Part shown: positions 52,791 through 62,773 of the stretch, piece after piece
Position numbering within the stretch: the stretch's first letter is position 1
How the letters are laid out: every line of letters starts with the position of its first letter
Source: Octopus bimaculoides
Taxonomy: Eukaryota
DNA: 62,773 bases
Direction: 5' to 3'
Assembly (NCBI RefSeq): GCF_001194135.2
Contig: NC_068995.1
Coordinates: 40,697,387 to 40,760,159 of the forward strand
Notes under the pieces: model-generated
Database searches by the model: none
Told to the model about the DNA's origin: nothing
The model's input: only the letters and a program-made list of their open reading frames with translations
Position numbers and translations under genes: made by a program

Positions 52791-52942
52791 TGAATATACA
52801 TTTTACTACTGGCAATTATGTATTTATCTCACTTGGGGAAAGTTTGTTGACAAATACACACAAACACACGCATACATACATACATAAATACATACATGTA
52901 TGTATGTATGTGTATGCATACATACATACATATATACTCACA

Positions 52943-52989
<47 letters not shown>

Positions 52990-53559
52990 GTATCCTGCTA
53001 TGTGGAATTTTGTATATCTGAAAATGTTGCCATTATTTGAAATTCCATAGCTAGAAAAACCTATTACCTATTTTCTCATTGATTTCACTGTCATAAACTG
53101 AAATATGTTCTAACAGAATGATTTTAAAAAATAAACAAATAAACCAAAAACACTCCCTCTCCCTTTTCCCTCTTCCCTCACCATTAAGTAATACAATCAT
53201 TTTTATGCATGAAAATATCAATTTCTAGACACACACACACACACACAAAATAATATGTATATAAATATTTGAAAAGAAATACATTACAAAATAATTAAAG
53301 TAGCAGTAATATTTCTTAGTAGGGTACATTCTTCAAACATCATGTATAATGTTGATAGTTGTCTGACAGCAAGCAGTGAGAGGGGAAAAAAAGGGGGGGC
53401 CTTTTTTCTGCTCTGTAAACCACCAATAGCAACAGTATTTGCTACAGCAGAGACAAACTTATCCAAAGTTGTTTGATTTTCATTTAGCCTAGTGCAAGAA
53501 CTAAATTCGTTATAAAGTCAGGTAATTTTATATGTTCGCAATCAGGATTATTATCATTC

Positions 53560-54106
53560 AGTAGGAGTAGTTGTGTGGTAAGTAGCTTGCTTACGAACCA
53601 CATGGTTCCGGGTTCAGTCCCACTGTGTAGTACCTTGGGCAAGTGTCTTCTACTATAGCCCTCGGGCTAACCAAAGCCTTGTGAGTGGATTTGGTAGGTG
53701 GAAACTGAAAGAAGCCCATCGTCGTCATGATAGATCACTGACCACTACATTTATATTATTTTTCTCCTTGTTTCTCTCCTTATTTCTTTCTGTGTTCCTT
53801 TCAGTTGAAGAGCATAGGCTCGAAACGTCAAAGACTTTCTCTATTCCCGAGCGTTAAACTAATACATCCATTTGTTGTTTACACCACCTGTCTTCGTCTG
53901 TTGTTTTTTTCGTAAATAAGTTTGTGTGTCTGTGTTTGTCCCCCAATATTACTTGACAACCGACGCTGGTGTGTTTACGTCCCCGTAACTTAGCGGTTCG
54001 GCAAAAGAGCCCGATAGAATAAGTACTAGGCTTACAAAGAATAAGTCCTGGGGTCGATTTGCTCGACTAAAGGCGGTGCTCCAGCATGGCCACAGTCAAA
54101 TGACTG
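53560..54106 (+). mobile_element. SINE family A with a nested Penelope-like terminal fragment (~53720-53916) at the position of its internal microsatellite
   Basis: A 5' half ends GAAGCCC.TCGT, then the insert, then A resumes at TTTGTGTGTCTGTGTTTGTCCCCC. Confidence 0.88.
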
Positions 54107-54129
54107 CTGATAGTTTAATTATATTCTTT

Positions 54130-54340
54130 GCAGTGAATAGAAGTAGGTGTAGCTCTTATATTCTCTTCTTGACCAACAACTCATTCTGCTACAAACAACA
54201 TCAGCTTCTCAGAGAAACCCTCTGTATGGGACCTCAGCAACTTTGTCACATTTTCTATGACTACTTCAAAACTTACATCATTTGCCATTGTTCCAATATC
54301 TTACTGAACTTAAAGTAGATCGTCTTTTGTTAGAAGTTCC
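54130..54340 (+). pseudogene. Possible Penelope-like RT relic
   Basis: ILFLTNNSFCYKQHQLLRETLCMG...HIFYDYFKTYII resembles Penelope LxxNxFxFxxxxYxQxxGxxMG...ANLFMxxFE. Confidence 0.45.
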
Positions 54341-54401
54341 GTAAAGTTTCAGTTCAGTTTTGCCAAACACCAGTCTTAGCTGAGGGTTTTCCTTCATCTC
54401 A

Positions 54402-54768
54402 TTGTTGTTGCTGGCACTCCGTCGCTTACGACGTCGAGGGTTCCAGTTGATCCGATTATTGGAACAGCCTGCTCGTGAAATTAACGTGCAAGTGGCTGAG
54501 CACTCCACAGACACGTGTACCTTTAACGTAGTTCTCGGGAATATTCAACGTGACACAGTGTGACAAGGCTGACCCTTTGAATTACAGACACAACAGAAAC
54601 AGGAAGTAAGAGTGAGAGAAAGTTGTGGTGAAAGAGTACAGCAGGGTTCGCCACCATCCCCTGCCGGAGCCTCGTGGAGCTTTAGGTGTTTTCGCTCAAG
54701 AAACACTCTCAACGCCCGATTCTATGACCGCGCGTCCGCTGCCCTAACCACTGGGCCATTGCGCCTCC
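54402..54768 (-). mobile_element. SINE family B, near full length
   Basis: Consensus match with a small head deletion. Confidence 0.92.
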
Positions 54769-55890
54769 ACCCTTCATCTCATCACCCAAGTTATATTATC
54801 AACAGCATCCATAATGTGAAAATTTTTTCCAGAAGCTTTTATCTACATTTATCCCCACCCCATTAATTACCTTTATGAGTCATTTCAAAGATTTTCTAAG
54901 ACAGCATTGACTTGAAGTTAACTATCATACCGTGATCATTAGTTGAACCAAAGACGTATTCTGTTATCATATTATTATTATTACTATTTTCGATTGCAGT
55001 CAAGAGGGATTTGCTGTGACACGAAATCAGAAATTAAGCATATGTAGCTCCACTAGGCTTTCAGACTGTAATGTACCTCAGTAGAAACGTCTACTTGTGT
55101 ACAGCCTATCAGCCAGGGACAGCCATTACTACGACTATTTTGTGAATATCATAAATAACCTAATTATTACCTTATCGGCACCTGAGTAGAGGTAATAAGG
55201 TTCAATCTAATCAATAAGAGATTAATAATAAAAGAGTGTACGTTACCGTTTCCAGAGTAAGTATGGTATGTGGCCAAAGAAAATTATCAACATCAAAACG
55301 GGGCTAACAAATGTTGACTTAACACTGCGTTCTCGGTCTCATTATTTCAATAAACTGTCCTAGTTTTCGCTTAAAAGTATTGATATTTTGTGTGGCCTTG
55401 CTATCATCTGGTATGCAGCAAAATCTAACACGTTCTCTGATCTATTTAGATTAATCCTAGAAAAATCACACAGGGTGGGCACGACCGGAGCGCCTTTTTA
55501 TATTAGGTCCTCTGAACCCGGGTTAACAATAAGTAACAACGCCAATAACTGGAAAAGAACCTTCGACCTTTTGGTTAGTTGTTGGATACTCGATACCCTC
55601 AGCAAGTTGGAACTGATATTAACTCTAGAAATTTACGTTTTTCACCTAAAAAATTCATTGAAATTTGTGAGATTTCGTTTGGTTTCAATGACTTGGATAG
55701 ATTCGAACCTGTACCTTTTGGATTACATCAAAGATTAAGGACAAGAAACGAAACAAAAATTAATGTACTTTGGTTGATGAAATCTTTGTTCTATGCTTTC
55801 CTCCACATCCAAGAAACATCGTTTTTTTCTTTGTAAGGAGAGGTGGCCATGGAATTCTGCTTTAAAGCTGCTACATAACACCCTCATAGT

Positions 55891-56198
55891 GGAGGCGCAA
55901 TGGCCCAGTGGTTAGGGCAGCGGACTCGCGGTTTCGATTCCCAGACCGGGCGTTGTGAGTGTTTATTGAGCGAAAACACCTAAAAACTCCACGAGGCTCC
56001 AGCAGGGGATGGTGGCGAACCCTGCTGTACTCTTTCACCACAACTTTCTCTTACTTCCTGTTTCTGTTGTACCTGTAATTCAAAGGGTCAGCCTTGTCAC
56101 ACTGTGTCACGCTGAATATCCCCCCGAGAACTACGTTAAGGGTACACGTGTCTATGGAGTGCTCAGCCACTTGCACGTTAATTTCACGAACAGGCTGT
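55891..56198 (+). mobile_element. SINE family B (14-bp head deletion), runs into gap
   Basis: Consensus match. Confidence 0.92.
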
Positions 56199-56903
56199 NN
56201 NNNNNNNNNNNNNNNNNNNNNNNNNNNNNNNNNNNNNNNNNNNNNNNNNNNNNNNNNNNNNNNNNNNNNNNNNNNNNNNNNNNNNNNNNNNNNNNNNNNN
56301 NNNNNNNNNNNNNNNNNNNNNNNNNNNNNNNNNNNNNNNNNNNNNNNNNNNNNNNNNNNNNNNNNNNNNNNNNNNNNNNNNNNNNNNNNNNNNNNNNNNN
56401 NNNNNNNNNNNNNNNNNNNNNNNNNNNNNNNNNNNNNNNNNNNNNNNNNNNNNNNNNNNNNNNNNNNNNNNNNNNNNNNNNNNNNNNNNNNNNNNNNNNN
56501 NNNNNNNNNNNNNNNNNNNNNNNNNNNNNNNNNNNNNNNNNNNNNNNNNNNNNNNNNNNNNNNNNNNNNNNNNNNNNNNNNNNNNNNNNNNNNNNNNNNN
56601 NNNNNNNNNNNNNNNNNNNNNNNNNNNNNNNNNNNNNNNNNNNNNNNNNNNNNNNNNNNNNNNNNNNNNNNNNNNNNNNNNNNNNNNNNNNNNNNNNNNN
56701 NNNNNNNNNNNNNNNNNNNNNNNNNNNNNNNNNNNNNNNNNNNNNNNNNNNNNNNNNNNNNNNNNNNNNNNNNNNNNNNNNNNNNNNNNNNNNNNNNNNN
56801 NNNNNNNNNNNNNNNNNNNNNNNNNNNNNNNNNNNNNNNNNNNNNNNNNNNNNNNNNNNNNNNNNNNNNNNNNNNNNNNNNNNNNNNNNNNNNNNNNNNN
56901 NNN

Positions 56904-57169
56904 NTAACGTAGTTCTCGGGGATATTCAGCGTGACACAGTGTGACAAGGCTGACCCTTCAAATTACAGGCACAACAGAAACAGGAAGTAAGAGTGAGAGA
57001 AAGTTGTGGTGGAAGAGTACAGCAGGGTTTGCCACCATCCCCTGCCAGAGCCTTGTTGAGCTTTAGGTGTTTTCGTTCAATAAACACTCACAACGCCCGG
57101 TCTGGGAATCGAAACCGCGATCCTATGACCGCGAGTCCGCTGCCCTAACCACTGGGCCATTGCACCTCC
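56904..57169 (-). mobile_element. SINE family B, emerges from gap
   Basis: Consensus match with intact head. Confidence 0.92.
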
Positions 57170-57951
57170 ACTATGAGGGTTTATATGGCGTGCTTAAAGC
57201 AGAATTCCGCTGAGGTGGCCAGCAGCTCCTTTGAGACTTGATTTTTAAAGAGATATAATGAGTGCCCCAACCCAACCTTTCAGCCTCTTTTGCAGTGCAA
57301 CGAGAGATCTACAGTACTTTACTTGTCTTTTTTCGATCACAGAAGGGTGAAAGGCAAAGATTATCGCGGCGGAATTTGAACTCAGAACATAAGAAAATCT
57401 TGCAAGGCAGTTTCTCCGATTCCCTAATGACACGTTTCACGCCCCTCATCGTAAAAATAATACAGTATACTAAACTTTACCTGGATTTGAAATCACATCC
57501 TATATTATGCATTAAGCAATAATTGGAAAGATAACAGAAATAAAGTAGAAACTGGAAGTTAATAGGTCTTACGACTGATAGAAGCTAATACTACATAATT
57601 ATCCACTAAAATTTATTTATACTCGCATGAGACCGTGAAAATTCTAGGTCTAATAAAAGATTTTATCTGTTTTTGTGACTTTATCGATCTTCCCAACTTT
57701 TACATTGTGCTAAAAATATTCATTATGTTTTTTGATTTCATTCCATAAATTAAAGCTGTTAATGATCAAACACTCGAACTCATATCATAATAGCCCACAG
57801 GGGTTTCACGAGGCTTTGAGGTAAGTCAGGAAAATGCCACCGTACTTAAAAAGGTGAGTGCTTTTAATACATCACACCGGAATGTTTTCCATTGCTAGCA
57901 AACTGTAATATGTACAACATATTGTTTTTAAAACAATATTAATTCTTGCTA

Positions 57952-58435
57952 AGGCGGAGAGCTGGCAGAAATGTTAGCACGCCGGGCGAAATGCTTAGTG
58001 GTATTTCGTCTGTCTTTACGCTCTGAGTTCAAATTCCGCCGAGGTCGACTTTGCCTTTCATCCTTTCGGGGTCGATTAAATAACTAACAGTTACGCACTG
58101 GAGTCGATGTAATCGACTTAATCCCTTTGTCTGTCCTTGTTTGTCCCCTCTGTGGGCAGTAAAGAAATAAGAAACGTTAGCACGCTGGGCGAAATGCTTA
58201 GCAGTATTTCGTCTGTTTTTACGTTCTGAGTTCAAATTCCGCCGAGGTCGACTTTGCCTTTCATCCTTTCGGGGTTGATAAATTAAGTACCAGTTGCGTA
58301 CTGGAGTCGATCTNNNNNNNNNNATCCTTTCGGGGTTGATAAATTAAGTACCAGTTGCGTACTGGAGTCGATCTAATCGACTGGCCCCCTCTCCAAAAAA
58401 TTCAGGCCTTGTGCCTAGAGTAGAAATGGATATTA
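57952..58435 (+). mobile_element. Dimeric SINE family C element
   Basis: Two C cores in tandem (57952-58170 and 58172-58435), the first with a TTGTCTGTCCTTGTTTGTCCCC tail also seen inverted at 46560-46790. Confidence 0.85.
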
Positions 58436-59431
58436 ATTTTTGCTGTTTATCATAAAAGAACTAGTAGAAAAGTTAACAGAGGGGGCCAGAATTCTCTTAG
58501 TATCTCATTTAGTATGGCACGGATTTTTTAAGAAATGGGTGAAAACTGCTTCCATAGACAGTCCCTGGCTGGCATGTAGTTTATCAAGTTCTTCAACGTA
58601 GCAGTGATATAAAATACCAGTCATGAACTAGGGTCGATTTATTCAACTATACTTTTTTTTTATCTTTCTTTCCCTCTCTCTTTCTGTCCTCCTCAAAATA
58701 CTTCTGGCCTCGTGTCCTATCTTAATTTTTATTTTCTCAACACAAGCATCTTATCTTAATAAAAATAAAAAAAACACATACAGAACAGAAGATTTGTTGT
58801 AAATCATAAAGATGCAGGGGAGACCTCCTCTCCAAAGCCCCTCCCCTGCACTGAAGTTAAGATTTTTGCATGCCTCATTTGATTGGTTGCTTCCATATCT
58901 TTGAGATTTATCCGGATGGAGCTGACGGGAACCACATCACCACGAATAACAACTATTTTTCTTTAAGACACACACACAAGCAAACATGCACACACACACA
59001 CACAAGCGCTAAACAAAACAAAAATAAAATAATAAATTATAATAAAATAAGACATCAAATGTCTGCATTTTATGCTTGATTATTCCCCAATTAATTAATA
59101 GTATCCAGCTCTAATGATTAAATACAAGAAGGGAGAATTAAATTTTTTTCTTTTTAATTTTTCACAATTATTTTTGCTTAGTTTGAGTAGAAGAAGAAGA
59201 GAAAGAAGAAGAAAATTAGGAGTTGTGTTGTTGCTGCTGGACAGACTGAAGTAGGAAGGACAGTTGAAGTAGGGGTGGGGAAAGAACATGCCTGGGTAGT
59301 TAGGAAGTTTGGTTTGCAGCTACATACTTTTGGGTTCAATTTCATTACATGGTACCTTGGGTGTCTTTTACCATTTTGACCTCTCTTCGGTATTTTCCAT
59401 TGCGGAAAGTTAAAGAGTCAGAAACGCTCAC

Positions 59432-59497
59432 CTTGGAATCCAGTAGGGGAAGCACCGGGTATACATATCGTAACTGCAGTGAATTTGTCTTTAGAAG
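59432..59497 (-). other. Candidate 66-bp internal exon
   Basis: Acceptor TCTTTCATACTTTAG, donor AAG|GTGAGC; length divisible by 3; open frames LLKTNSLQLRYVYPVLPLLDSK or SKDKFTAVTICIPGASPTGFQ. No homology recognised. Confidence 0.25.
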
Positions 59498-59940
59498 CTA
59501 AAGTATGAAAGACTCAGTGTATGTGTTTTGCTTGTTTGCCAGTTCGCTGCAGCATAGCACTCTGAGGATGACTCCCTATTAGCACTAAGTATTAAAACAG
59601 CTGAAAGCCACAGACAGGCTTGACAACTTGCCGCCAATCCCATTTAGGAGCGATATATACCGATATTTCGCCATTATTGCGGCTTATCAATATCACGTGT
59701 CTGAATCGAACCGGGAACAAACTGAATCGCCACTCTATGACTATACACAAGAACCATTTGCTGGTATGCTTCAACGATGCGTACATACGTAAGTTTAAAT
59801 TCGTTATGAATTAAAAGCAGCGCTAGTGTTGTAAACATTATCGACCGCACATACTCTACTGGTGAAGAAACGAAACGCATACAATTATGTGTGGTAGATA
59901 ATGTATGTATATGTGTGCATGTGTATGGATATTTAATTGT

Positions 59941-60341
59941 GGAGGTGCAATGGCCCAGTGGTTAGGGCAGCGGACTCGCGGTCATAGGATCGCGGTTTCG
60001 ATTCCCAGACCGGGCGTTGTTAGTGTTTATTGAGCGAGAACACCTAAAAGCTCCACGATACTCCGGCAGGGGATGGTGGCGTAGTTCTCGGGGATATTCA
60101 GCGAGACACAGTGTGACAAGGCTGACCCTTTGAATTACAGGCACAACAGAAACAGGAAGTAAGAGTGAGAGAAAGTTGTGGTGAAAGTGTACAGCAGGGT
60201 TCGCCACCATCCCCTGCCGGAGCCTTGTGGAACTTTAGGTGTTTTCGCTCAATAAACACTCACAACGCCCGGTCTGGGAATCGAAACCGCGATCCTATGA
60301 CCGCGAGTCTGCTGCCCTAACCACTGGGCCATCGTGCTTCC
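59941..60341. mobile_element. Fused inverted SINE B pair (fold-back)
   Basis: + head 59941-60081 joined at a CG microhomology to a - copy 60080-60341. Confidence 0.92.
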
Positions 60342-60975
60342 ATCATTGGCACCACTAATACCAAAATCCTCATAGTATCACATACAACATCGCTGAATTC
60401 ATCGTCATGCTTTCTATCCGTAGATTTTATTCACAGAGTTTAAACTACGTTGCATTTCATTAACAAATAAAAGACAGAAAATTCCATCCTTCAACTTGGA
60501 AATTTTTAGAAAAATAATCTCGAAACAAGGAATAATTAAAAAGAAACAATAAAAGAGATTACAGAAAATCTACATCACAAAAAAAAAAAGAGGAGGGAGA
60601 GAAAGGGTCTCAAGAATTCCACATGTTGTCCCTGAATATGATCAAAGAGACAGAATACCAGATTAAGGCATTGCTTTTAGAGTTGGCCCTTGAAAATGTT
60701 TCTTCCTTCCGCCATTTTCAAATAACGTTATCTTTTTGCCGCTTATTTTGGGATTCTAAACTTGAAAGTGACTTTATATTTGCGTTTTTTTTTTTGTATG
60801 GGTATATTTTGTGAAAATTTAAATATTTTTCTATTCTTTGAATCCTTTTCTTATTTTTTAAAGAAATGTGATCTGTTTACTCTGCCAATAAAACACGTTA
60901 AATGTTAATCGAAAAGTGAAACGATAAATTTAACGAAAAAGTAATAGGCTTGCTATGAAAGTTTCGTTGAAGTGA

Positions 60976-61105
60976 AAACTACCTCGCTACGAAACAATCG
61001 GACGACAGAGCAACCAGGCGACGAAACTACCAGGCAACGAAGCAACCATGCGTCGAAGCAACCAGGCGACGACGCAACGAAGCCACGACACAACCAGACG
61101 ACGAG
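60976..61105. repeat. Degenerate 16-bp (8+8) CpG-rich minisatellite, about AAGCAACCAGGCGACG
   Basis: About 8 imperfect units read directly. Confidence 0.8.
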
Positions 61106-61469
61106 GTTGCCTGAAAATAAATCACGCGTTGAATTAATTTACCGGACATCGGTTAGCGTCGAATGCGACTATATGGTTGGTCGACCAGCTAGAAATAGTA
61201 ATAAAACTTCTCTCAAATCATATCTTATTGCCTTGAAAACTGAAAGACACGGAAGAATGAGTTTCAAGATTCAAATATTGCATAGCACTGATAGTTTGTA
61301 ACAGTTTTGGTCATACGTCAGGCTAAACAAGATGAATATCAAACTAATTGCGTAGAAATGAAACACGTCCAAATTTATATTAACCTATCCAACCCACATC
61401 ATGAAGATACAATAAAAACAATTAAGTATTACATGTTTTCTCATTTTATATACACCCACACATACATGT

Positions 61470-61773
61470 ATGTATAACGATGAACGTTGCCCTTTCAAAG
61501 CCTAGCCAGGATCATGGGCCCGGTATCCCGATTTCTATGGCGTATGTGTTCCCCCCAGCTGGACGAGACGGCAGTCCATCGCAGCGTTACTCCAGAAACA
61601 GGAAGAAAGAGTAAGAGAAAGTTGGGGCGAAAGAGTACAACAGGGGTCGCCACCACCCCCTGCCGGAGACTCGTTGAGCTTTCGGTGTTTTCGCTCAATA
61701 AACACTCACAACGCCCGGTCTGGGAATCGAAACCGCGAGTCCGCTGCCCTAACTACTGGGCCATTGCGCCTCC
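61470..61773 (-). mobile_element. SINE B3: family B head and middle with a different 3' part
   Basis: Follows B to ...CTTCCTGTTTCTG, then continues GAGTAACGCTGCGATGGACTGCCGTCTCGTCCAGCTGGGGGG instead of the B tail. Confidence 0.85.
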
Positions 61774-62057
61774 ACACATGTATGTATAGGTGTATATACA
61801 TATATAATCACAAACACTACATGCATTTACAACTGCACGCACGCACACACACATACACGTAAATGTGTACACATATCACTAAAAGCGTTTACAACCTCAT
61901 GCACACACACACGTTTATGAGCACATGTGCAGGCCCACAAATGAACCCTTGTTTGGCTGAATTCACTGTTAGAAATAGCAATCAAATCTCTCCCGAATCA
62001 CATTCTACCGAGGGGCACAGTGAATGATAGGTTCTGGGTTGCCTGCCTGTATGTATG

Positions 62058-62102
<45 letters not shown>

Positions 62103-62699
62103 GAGATGGTCACGTCTGGTATGTCACTGATCTCAGTACCTTCTGTAAACACTGACCTAAGACTAAACAACAACTCAAGTGTACACAACGCACAGGTGAG
62201 TTGGGGTGGGGAGGTGAAGTACAAGAAGGAAAATTAATTATACATTTGAAAATTAATTAAGTAAGTTAATATATTTAAATATTCTTGATCAATAAACCTG
62301 TCTGAGCATCTCACCACCTACAAACGCTGACACACATACCTGTTTCACACGCAAATTCACAGAACAAAAACTCTCACACACATACACACACGCATACACA
62401 AACACACACACGCACACACACACACACACACGTGAGAGCCAACAAGTGATTTATTTTTAAAGTCTATCGTACGAGTTGCTGGAAATAACAGTTAAAAGCC
62501 CTGAAATTACATGTAACACATTGGACAAGTGTAATTAAAAACGTAAGACGTCGAGATGGCCACGGTTGGAGTAGCTTTGATCATATGCCTTATCTATCAG
62601 AGAGAACGTTAAACAATACAACCACTCATCACCACGAACATACACACATCACACATTTATAACAAACACACAAATGCATATATGAACTATACACCCACA

Positions 62700-62773
<74 letters not shown>

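Noticed and set aside
1207-56947. Long ORFs in the track that span N-gaps or consist of YI/HT/CV/ER repeats
   Set aside because: They come from runs of N and from (TA)n, (CA)n and (GA)n microsatellites, and are not evidence of coding.
58263-58374. Exact 51-bp direct duplication either side of a 10-N gap
   Set aside because: Typical unmerged contig overlap (assembly artefact).

Overview
AT-rich, repeat-dominated eukaryotic DNA with about 13 assembly gaps, most of them next to (TA)n tracts or inside SINEs. The tRNA-derived SINE families and microsatellite load suggest an octopus genome; this is recall, not a database result. I find no intact, recognisable protein-coding gene, rRNA, true tRNA or CRISPR array. 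Most ORFs in the track are microsatellite or N-gap artefacts. The window holds at least five interspersed repeat families (A-E, my labels), several decayed LINE and Penelope reverse-transcriptase fragments, one hAT/Charlie-type and one Tc1/mariner-type MITE (both with TIRs and TSDs), and simple repeats. The most unusual items are: two Penelope-type ends with a non-canonical hammerhead-like fold (CUGUUGA core); an inverted SINE pair at the centre of an older ~40-bp hairpin; a collapsed SINE fold-back; a fully palindromic 22-bp tandem array of p53-consensus half-sites; many tight inverted SINE pairs (possible ADAR substrates); and an apparent CpG-rich/CpG-poor domain structure. I cannot support a claim of a new biological system. 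Repeat boundaries are read by eye and are approximate (about +/-10 bp) unless TIRs or TSDs are given.
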